Shown here: positions 26,576 to 33,771 of the stretch, piece after piece
Position numbering within the stretch: the stretch's first letter is position 1
How the letters are laid out: each line of letters begins with the position of its first letter
IMG/VR virus record: IMGVR_UViG_3300002091_000022
Direction: 5' to 3' (one strand)
DNA length: 64,000 bases
Origin: a virus
Notes under the pieces: generated by a model
The model's database searches: none
What the model was told of the DNA's origin: nothing
Seen by the model: only the letters and a program-made list of their open reading frames with translations
Position numbers and translations under genes: made by a program

Positions 26576-26576
26576 T

Positions 26577-26951
26577 ATGGCAACGATTTTAGACAAGGAT
26601 TTAGTTAGGGAGACTAGTGTTAAGGTTGATAATAAAGAGGTCTTAATTACGCTTACTGAGGACCAAAGAGTTAACCTCAAGTTAAAGGGTGTTAAGGGTG
26701 AGGGTGTGAGTATTGGTATTGGTGAGTTGTATAGTCATTTAGTGGGCGATACAAAGGATAATGCGAAGCCCAGTGAGGTTAAGGTTTCGAGGAAGATTAA
26801 GGGTGTAAATGGTGACCCAAGTATAAGTCTTTACGAATTAAGGGCTCACAATTTGGTAACTAAGATGGATATGAAGGTTAAGTTGGAGCTTGAGGGTATT
26901 ATCTGTGATATGATTAAACAAAACATTAAACTTTTTGAAGATGAAAAATAA
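26577..26951 (+). CDS. hypothetical protein
   Basis: 124-aa ORF. Confidence 0.7.
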   Translation: MATILDKDLVRETSVKVDNKEVLITLTEDQRVNLKLKGVKGEGVSIGIGELYSHLVGDTKDNAKPSEVKVSRKIKGVNGDPSISLYELRAHNLVTKMDMKVKLELEGIICDMIKQNIKLFEDEK

Positions 26952-27180
26952 TTTAGAGACGGCGTTAGAGAACATTTTTGTTAATTTTATGACTGTGATT
27001 GTGAGTTTATTCATGTCGGCCATATTATTATCATTTTTAGTAATGTGGCTTTGGAACAGTACATTACCATTAATATTCGGTTTAAAGAGTATTGGATATT
27101 GGGAGGCATTTAGGCTATACTATTTATCTGGTCTCTTAATTAAGAGTGTGAATGTAATCAAGGAGAAGAGTAAGGATTAA
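26935..27180 (+). CDS. small membrane protein
   Basis: Hydrophobic segments; LMWLWN..LPLIFGLKSIGYWEA-type pattern. Confidence 0.7.
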   Translation: MKMKNNLETALENIFVNFMTVIVSLFMSAILLSFLVMWLWNSTLPLIFGLKSIGYWEAFRLYYLSGLLIKSVNVIKEKSKD

Positions 27181-27707
27181 CGTTTTTTACGTTTAAATGA
27201 CTTAGGTTTTTTATATGGCTTTTTCTTAGGTGTTTTAAATATTAGGTTATAGGGTTCTTCTCTTAAAAGGGATAGGTCTAGTTTCCAAGTTGATTTAGAG
27301 CGTTTTTTATAAAGTTCATATGATTCGGCTACGTGTTCAACGACTTGTTTATGTTCCCATCCGTTAACATTTTCTAGGTGTTTAAATACTAGTGGTTGTT
27401 TACCCATAGCGAAAGCACGTCCGATATGTTTAACTAAGTGACATAATGGGCAAAGTGAGATAAGTCCAATTAATTTTTGGACTTTTTCGTTATTATTATA
27501 TTGCCAGATTTCATGGCATTCTAGTCTATGTGGGAATCCTTGGTCGAGACCATTTTGCTGACATATTTCACATTTGTTTTCGGCCTTAGCATAGGACATA
27601 AATCTAATAATATCCCATTCTTTAGGTTTTACGGTACTTCTAACATTAATCCCCCAGCAAGATTTGGGTACTAATTCAACGGATAATTTTATTTTTTTGG
27701 TTTTCAT
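27177..27707 (-). CDS. HNH-like nuclease
   Basis: ELVPKSCWGINVRS; CEIC; LECHEIW; SLCPLCHLVKHIGRA. Confidence 0.75.
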   Translation of the reverse strand: MKTKKIKLSVELVPKSCWGINVRSTVKPKEWDIIRFMSYAKAENKCEICQQNGLDQGFPHRLECHEIWQYNNNEKVQKLIGLISLCPLCHLVKHIGRAFAMGKQPLVFKHLENVNGWEHKQVVEHVAESYELYKKRSKSTWKLDLSLLREEPYNLIFKTPKKKPYKKPKSFKRKKR

Positions 27708-27737
27708 TTAGTAAATTAGTATATTTGCGAAAAAAAA

Positions 27738-27893
27738 ATGATAGAGATAATACGACATATGTTTGGTCTTTGTGGTGAGAATCATCCGAGTATCTTATAT
27801 TTATTAGGTGTGACACCATTTGTTAACCATATAAAGGTATTATGGTACCAATTTACTTCATATGTAAAAAATGTTTTAAAACGGCATCGGTAA
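27738..27893 (+). CDS. 51-aa hypothetical protein (not in ORF track)
   Basis: MIEIIRHMFGLCGENHPSILYLL...; TATATTTG at 27720-27727. Confidence 0.5.
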   Translation: MIEIIRHMFGLCGENHPSILYLLGVTPFVNHIKVLWYQFTSYVKNVLKRHR

Positions 27894-28092
27894 GTTCTTT
27901 ATCTTCGGAAAAAATTTGATTAAGTATAATGAATAATTTTGAGTAGATGTTTTTTATATTGGCACCACTAATTTGGCATTGTTCTCCATTATCTAAAATA
28001 ATAGCACGTTTAAATTGTCTATTAATCTTTATCCTTTGCACTGGGTAGCATTTTTTAAGGAATTTAATCATCATATTTTCCATTGTTAACAT
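27853..28092 (-). CDS. hypothetical protein
   Basis: ATATTTAT at 28097-28104 on the minus strand. Confidence 0.6.
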   Translation of the reverse strand: MLTMENMMIKFLKKCYPVQRIKINRQFKRAIILDNGEQCQISGANIKNIYSKLFIILNQIFSEDKELTDAVLKHFLHMK

Positions 28093-28110
28093 TACTATAA
28101 ATATACAAAA

Positions 28111-28413
28111 ATGCTTGATAATTACATATTTTTTGAGATTTGCGATAAATCAATAGCCATCTTTAACAAGAGTTATTATTCACAATATAGGTCATTTTGT
28201 TATAGTGTTAGAAACAACATTTTATTAGATGATTTTTCTAGTAGTGAGAGGGCTAGGTATTATGAGATGATTGGTTATGTGATGTTAATATTTGGTTTTG
28301 ACGTTGAGGAATCAATGATGATGGTAAAGAGATATTTTCTTGAAGAATGGTTTGTTCATTATGAATTTCCAGTTAAGATGATACGAGATACTTTTAGGAT
28401 GTGTTTAAATTAA
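28111..28413 (+). CDS. hypothetical protein
   Basis: 100-aa ORF. Confidence 0.55.
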   Translation: MLDNYIFFEICDKSIAIFNKSYYSQYRSFCYSVRNNILLDDFSSSERARYYEMIGYVMLIFGFDVEESMMMVKRYFLEEWFVHYEFPVKMIRDTFRMCLN

Positions 28414-28455
28414 ACTTTACTCTTTTAATAAGATAATTATAATAAAATAAAAACT

Positions 28456-28770
28456 ATGGCATTACAAATTACAGATGGTACATTTAAGGATGTATTAAGT
28501 GAAAACAAGTTAACCGTTATTGATTTTTGGGCACCATGGTGTGGACCTTGTAGAATGTTAGGTCCGATTGTAGATGAGTTATCGAATGAGATAACAGATG
28601 TTACGATTGGTAAGTTAGATGTTGCTGACAATTCAGTTGCTGCATCTCAATTTAACGTTACAAGTATTCCATGTATTGTGTTTTTCAAGGATGGGGTTGA
28701 AGTCAGTCGAAGCGTTGGGGTATTATCCAAGGCCGCATTGAAAGCGAAGATTGAAGGACTTAAAAATTAG
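28456..28770 (+). CDS. trxA: thioredoxin
   Basis: DFWAPWCGPCRMLGP; SIP. Confidence 0.95.
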   Translation: MALQITDGTFKDVLSENKLTVIDFWAPWCGPCRMLGPIVDELSNEITDVTIGKLDVADNSVAASQFNVTSIPCIVFFKDGVEVSRSVGVLSKAALKAKIEGLKN

Positions 28771-28820
28771 TAAAAGGAGCTGTTTAACAGCTCTTTTTTA
28801 TTTTCCAGATATTTATGTTT

Positions 28821-29156
28821 ATGAGTACTAAATTAATTATTACTGAGCGTCAGTATAACATATTAAAGAGTTTAAACGAGACTAACTTCCACGAAGCTTT
28901 AGTTGAGAAATTGGTATCGGATTTGAATACAAATTACGAGCCAATGCTTGGCATTATGCGTGAGGGTGGGGAATATCATGAGAGTCCGATGGTTAAGATT
29001 AAGGTTGATGAGACTGAGATAACACCAGCTGAATTATATTTATACTTTAGGAAGAAGTATAAGCTTGGAAAGGGCTTCACCAAACAAGTCATAAGGGATT
29101 GGATGTTTGGTACATTAGATGGTAATAGGCTATCAAAAAACGTAGCAATAAGTTAA
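28821..29156 (+). CDS. hypothetical late protein
   Basis: KLIITERQYNIL N-terminus; ATATTTAT at 28809. Confidence 0.7.
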   Translation: MSTKLIITERQYNILKSLNETNFHEALVEKLVSDLNTNYEPMLGIMREGGEYHESPMVKIKVDETEITPAELYLYFRKKYKLGKGFTKQVIRDWMFGTLDGNRLSKNVAIS

Positions 29157-29158
29157 TC

Positions 29159-29482
29159 ATGGACATAAGGGGTAAGATAAAGCAATTATTACGAGAGCAA
29201 TATGGTGACTTTAATACTCACTTAGAACATATCTATGAGGATAAGATTACGGAAAATTTGGCTACTGGCAGCAAGCATAGGAAAGAAGAATGGGCGACAT
29301 ACAATCAAGTTATTTTAGAGCTTAAGCATTCGATTAAGGACCATTTAAGGGTAAAGGAACTGTTATATAAGTTAACAGATAACGGTGACCCTAATATGGT
29401 TTGTATGGAAGTTATAAAGGAAATTAAGAATCCTTCCCCAGAGCTAGAAAGGTTATATAATAAAATAATGAATTTTATCTAA
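29159..29482 (+). CDS. hypothetical late protein (IKQLLRE tag), paralog of 29535
   Basis: W.TYN.(V/I)I.EL..Y.(L/F)TD..(D/N)PN shared with the next ORF. Confidence 0.75.
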   Translation: MDIRGKIKQLLREQYGDFNTHLEHIYEDKITENLATGSKHRKEEWATYNQVILELKHSIKDHLRVKELLYKLTDNGDPNMVCMEVIKEIKNPSPELERLYNKIMNFI

Positions 29483-29534
29483 TGAAGTTTTAGACGATAT
29501 TTATGTATAGATAACATTTGTTAAAATCTACGAC

Positions 29535-29876
29535 ATGGAAATATCTGATTTCGTATTAAGTAAAGATAATAATAAGAACAGTGTTTTGGATAAGGAATAC
29601 AAGCGATTACTTAATAATGTTATACAAAACAGTGATGAGGAAATGGAATCTAGGTGGTCCACCTACAATTTAATCATCAAGGAGTTGATAAGGTTACATG
29701 ATTGTGAGTATTTCGAGGAAATAAAATATAGGTTCACGGACGGGGAGAATCCTAACCAAGTATTAATAGACATAATATCACGTTATAATCAAGACGAATT
29801 GAGTTATTTAATAACTTTCTTGATAAAAAGGGTTGAAGAATACTTGGAAGAAGATTATTTTAAAAGATTTTATTAA
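29535..29876 (+). CDS. hypothetical protein, paralog of 29159
   Basis: RWSTYNLIIKEL..KYRFTDGENPNQV. Confidence 0.75.
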   Translation: MEISDFVLSKDNNKNSVLDKEYKRLLNNVIQNSDEEMESRWSTYNLIIKELIRLHDCEYFEEIKYRFTDGENPNQVLIDIISRYNQDELSYLITFLIKRVEEYLEEDYFKRFY

Positions 29877-29919
29877 AAAAATTGGACAATTAAATAAATG
29901 TTTGTATATTTGCATGGAA

Positions 29920-31308
29920 ATGGAGACTAAAGATAAATCAATTGATAGGTTAGAATTTTTGGCTAACAAGTTTGATGTTTTCGAGGCAACTAAAGAGAGC
30001 ATTGATTTAAAAATTGCCAATCTTAGTAATGACGATAAATATTCAGTTATTAGTAGTGATGACGAGATATTGGCATTTGTTAAGTATGGTATAGGTGATG
30101 AGAAATCAAAGGAGATAAGCGTTGCGTTAAACGTATTTGCTGCGATTATTGGTGCCGACCCAACTTCTAACAAGTCATGTGTGCAATGGATGCTTACAGT
30201 ATTTGTTAGACATATAAAGATTGGGAAGAGTGAATCGGCCATTAGGTTTGTTGTTGAGGATTTACCATTGGCAAATGAGTATATAAAGTTATTTGAAGGG
30301 AATAAGCGGAAGGCTAAATTTAAAGAGTTTTGTAAGCATTCATTCATATTGAAGGATGTTGAGGACCCAACTGATATAAATCAGTATAAGTCTTTATCTC
30401 AATTATTTGACGCTGTTGACCCATTTATTAAGAAGGACCCAAGTGACATGGAAAACATGTTAAATAGGTTTGTTAGTATGGGTCAAGCTGTGATACCAGT
30501 TAAGGATAGGAAGTTTACATTGTTTATACCGAAGAGTGTTGAGGCGAGTGTAGCGTTTAGTCCATTTGCGAACTGGTGTACGACAAGGCCAGGTAATGGT
30601 ATGTTTGATTCTTATACAAATTACAAAAGACCCGATGGTCGTAAGTCTGATTTGTATATTATAATCAATAACAAATTCTTTACTAATGAGTCTAAGGATG
30701 TATATCAAATTCACTTTGAGAGTAATCAAATTAAGGATAGGTCTAACGGCAACAACGTTAGTATTTTTGAGGAAGTTATTAGTGAGAGTGAGGGGTTATC
30801 AAATTTCTTTTATGAGGAATTAATGGGGATGGCTAAGTTATGTAAGACTGGTATTGATAATAACAAGTACTTAGATTATCTAATTAAGTTTGGCTTTTGC
30901 GAGAGTTTGTTTGAATTTATGGATACAAGTACTGCGGTTATTAAATTTACTACTAGGGAAATTCCGAGATTACCTGATATTAGTAGATTTAAAAATCTTG
31001 AAGAATTGGTTATTGTTAAAGCTAAATTAGTTGAGTTACATCCATCAATTGGTGATTTAACTAAACTAGAAATGCTTTCGTTAACAGAAAATTCGTTAAA
31101 GACGTTACCAAAGGAAATTGGAAAGTTAAAGAATCTTGGTTTCTTAAATATTAAGGGTAATAAGATTACTAGTTTTCCTGAGGAGATAAAATATCTTGAC
31201 AGGGTTAATGGCGGCTCGTGTTTTAGAGTGAGTGTTAATAGAGAAGAAATAGGGGAGGAACTTTATTTAAAATTGAAGGGGTTGTTACCAACAACCCGAT
31301 TAGATTAA
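29920..31308 (+). CDS. leucine-rich-repeat protein with N-terminal WCT-motif domain
   Basis: C-terminal LxxLxLxxNxLxxLPxEIGxL repeats; ANWCTT..F..Y..LYII; start placed after TATATTTG at 29905. Confidence 0.8.
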   Translation: METKDKSIDRLEFLANKFDVFEATKESIDLKIANLSNDDKYSVISSDDEILAFVKYGIGDEKSKEISVALNVFAAIIGADPTSNKSCVQWMLTVFVRHIKIGKSESAIRFVVEDLPLANEYIKLFEGNKRKAKFKEFCKHSFILKDVEDPTDINQYKSLSQLFDAVDPFIKKDPSDMENMLNRFVSMGQAVIPVKDRKFTLFIPKSVEASVAFSPFANWCTTRPGNGMFDSYTNYKRPDGRKSDLYIIINNKFFTNESKDVYQIHFESNQIKDRSNGNNVSIFEEVISESEGLSNFFYEELMGMAKLCKTGIDNNKYLDYLIKFGFCESLFEFMDTSTAVIKFTTREIPRLPDISRFKNLEELVIVKAKLVELHPSIGDLTKLEMLSLTENSLKTLPKEIGKLKNLGFLNIKGNKITSFPEEIKYLDRVNGGSCFRVSVNREEIGEELYLKLKGLLPTTRLD

Positions 31309-31362
31309 TAATAGTGGCTTCCAAAAAGGAGGCCATTTTTTTTACAATTAAAAACAATAGTT

Positions 31363-31872
31363 ATGAAATGGAAAAGAGCTGGAGTAGCGGTTAATGTACC
31401 CGTAACGGAGTACTTAGAGTCAATTATTCAGGAAGAAAGAGCATTAAATCACCAGATACAAGTGTGTGTTGGTACCGACTCACAAAGAGATGGTAAAAAT
31501 TACAAGTTCTCAACAGTTATTCTTATAACCGTTAAAGAAGACATGGGTGGTGGTGTTACTAAAGGATTAGGTGGTAAGATAATCTCATCTGAGTATCATA
31601 TTAGCATGTATAATAAGAATAAAGAAGGTGTTAATGAAAGAATGATTGTAGAAGTTGGTAAATCAATGGAAGTTGCATTAGAAATTAACCCTATCTTAGA
31701 AAAGTATGGTATTAAGATGGAAATTCACGCCGACATTAATCCAGACCCAAAGTGGGAATCTAATAAGGCGATGAGTGCTGCGGTTGGTTGGGTAATTGGT
31801 TCTGGTTATGACTTCAAGGTTAAACCAAACTCTTGGGCCGCTTCATACGCTGGTGACAGATATGCACACTAA
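31363..31872 (+). CDS. RNase H-like YkuK/DUF458 protein
   Basis: VCVGTDSQ; EVGKSMEVA; EIHADIN; VKPNSWAASYAGD. Confidence 0.8.
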   Translation: MKWKRAGVAVNVPVTEYLESIIQEERALNHQIQVCVGTDSQRDGKNYKFSTVILITVKEDMGGGVTKGLGGKIISSEYHISMYNKNKEGVNERMIVEVGKSMEVALEINPILEKYGIKMEIHADINPDPKWESNKAMSAAVGWVIGSGYDFKVKPNSWAASYAGDRYAH

Positions 31873-31949
31873 TTTTTAGGTGAATCTTATCTTTTTTATA
31901 AATCCCACATATTTATATTTAAGATAAGATTTCTTAAAAACCCTAAAAT

Positions 31950-32150
31950 ATGTCAAATACAAAAAAAACCGTTCAGATTAAAGAAAGCAAATTAGTAGAC
32001 ATGATTAACAACATCGTTGAACAAGCTATTACAGAAAAGAAAAAGGAGTGGATTGCAGAACAAGCAAAATCTGGTGATAAGTCAGCGATTTTGGAGTCAA
32101 AAATCAATGCTTTAGAAACTAAGATTAACCAATTAAGTAAAGGTAAGTAA
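31950..32150 (+). CDS. small coiled-coil late protein
   Basis: ATATTTAT at 31909; IKESKLVDMINNIVEQ. Confidence 0.7.
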   Translation: MSNTKKTVQIKESKLVDMINNIVEQAITEKKKEWIAEQAKSGDKSAILESKINALETKINQLSKGK

Positions 32151-32256
32151 TTAAATCTACGGTATAAAAAAATTAAGCTAGAAGGTGTAAATATATGCCT
32201 TCTAGCTTTTTATTTTCTATACTTTACAAAACTTAGCTGATAGTTATATTTTATAT

Positions 32257-32931
32257 ATGACTAAATTATTAAAATCCAAGACTCCGTTAACATCTTCAGT
32301 TGAGAATGATGATTTTATTAAGGCCAGTGAAAAAGCATTTGATTGTGCTTTTGATGGTACTTCAAGATATTATCCTTGGGAATTACCAAACATTCCAGAA
32401 GAATTTAAGATTGGAGTTATTGTTGGTTCCAGTGGTTCTGGTAAGTCAACATTATTAAAACAATTTGGTACTGAGAAGTTCCCAATCTGGGAACCTAATA
32501 AATCTATACTTTCACATTTTGATAGTCCCGATGAAGCGATTAATAAAATGGGTGCTGTCGGTTTAAGTTCAATACCTTCGTGGTATAAGCCATATCATGT
32601 ATTATCTAATGGTGAGAAGTTCAGAGCTGATTTGGCCAGAAAGATAGGTACTGGGGTGATTTTAGACGAGTTTTCGTCAGTTATTGACCGAAATGCCGCT
32701 AAAACAGCTAGTGTTTCCTTGTCGAAGTATGTTAAGAACAATGATATTCATAATATTGTTTTAGCTACATGTCACCGTGATATAGTGGATTGGTTGGAAC
32801 CTGATTGGGTTATAGATACTGATAGTGGTGAATATCATGAAGGTTTTTTTTTGTCCGTCCGAAAATCAATATTGAGATATACAGATGTGGGTATGATTTA
32901 TGGCCCATGTTTAAAGACCATCATTATTTAA
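32257..32931 (+). CDS. ABC-type ATPase (N-part of a probable ATPase-GNAT fusion)
   Basis: GSSGSGKST; LSNGEKFR signature; ILDEF; LATCH. Confidence 0.88.
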   Translation: MTKLLKSKTPLTSSVENDDFIKASEKAFDCAFDGTSRYYPWELPNIPEEFKIGVIVGSSGSGKSTLLKQFGTEKFPIWEPNKSILSHFDSPDEAINKMGAVGLSSIPSWYKPYHVLSNGEKFRADLARKIGTGVILDEFSSVIDRNAAKTASVSLSKYVKNNDIHNIVLATCHRDIVDWLEPDWVIDTDSGEYHEGFFLSVRKSILRYTDVGMIYGPCLKTIII

Positions 32932-33320
32932 GTGGTGATATTAATAAAGCTGCTAGGTGTTATGTTGCGGTTTGGGATAATGAGATAGTTGGATTCTCAG
33001 CAACGCTTGCGTTACCTAATGGTAACTTTAAGAATGGTTGGCGAGGTCATAGAACAGTTATCTTACCAGATTATCAAGGTATGGGGATTGGGGTTCGATT
33101 TTCAGACGCTATAGGTCAAATACATATAGAGCAAGGCTTAAGGTATTTTAGTCGAACAGCGCACCCTAGAATGGGCTTTTATAGGGAACATTCCCCATTA
33201 TGGAAAGCAACCAGTAAGAATAAAAAACTAAGGAAGGATGTTAAGCATCAGAATGTTTATAACGAGCATTATGCTGATAATAAGAGGGTATGTTTTAGTC
33301 ACGAATATATTGGTAATTAA
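32844..33320 (+). CDS. GNAT acetyltransferase, -1 frame open from the T9 run
   Basis: HRTVILPDYQGMGIG motif A; frame open upstream of ATG 32907 as RPKINIEIYRCGYDLWPMFKDHHYL. Confidence 0.82.
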   Translation, partial: FFFVRPKINIEIYRCGYDLWPMFKDHHYLSGDINKAARCYVAVWDNEIVGFSATLALPNGNFKNGWRGHRTVILPDYQGMGIGVRFSDAIGQIHIEQGLRYFSRTAHPRMGFYREHSPLWKATSKNKKLRKDVKHQNVYNEHYADNKRVCFSHEYIGN

Positions 33321-33718
33321 ACATAAATATCTGGATATTTTTCACCAAATTTTCTGATTATCTCACCAGCTTTAAAGTTTGCTTCGTTTTCAATTGGGGA
33401 CCCAGCTTCATTATTTTTATCGTGTTCTTTTTGATTAAGTCTACCTTCGATGTCTTGTTTCATATGTGTTAATTCATGTGCGATGGACCTCATAATATCT
33501 ACAATTGCTCTATCTTTTGCATAGACGTTAACTTTTTTGTTACCGTAGCTGGCGGTTGTAACAATACCTTCACGATTATATTGTAATGTTACTTTAGTTT
33601 GTGGTATTTCTAAGTAATCACAAGCGAAGGTAACAAACTCATTTAGTTTATCAACGTCTTGTTTGTTTTTTTGGTTAAATAGACCTTCCCTAAGTAATTG
33701 TTTAATCAGTAATTTCAT
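33317..33718 (-). CDS. HExxH metalloprotease-motif protein (IKQLLRE tag)
   Basis: SIAHELTHMKQ..ENEAN; ATATTTAT at 33725-33732. Confidence 0.7.
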   Translation of the reverse strand: MKLLIKQLLREGLFNQKNKQDVDKLNEFVTFACDYLEIPQTKVTLQYNREGIVTTASYGNKKVNVYAKDRAIVDIMRSIAHELTHMKQDIEGRLNQKEHDKNNEAGSPIENEANFKAGEIIRKFGEKYPDIYV

Positions 33719-33771
33719 ATTTAAATAAATATTCTATAAAAATAAAAAACCCCACAATGTGGGGTTTTAAA

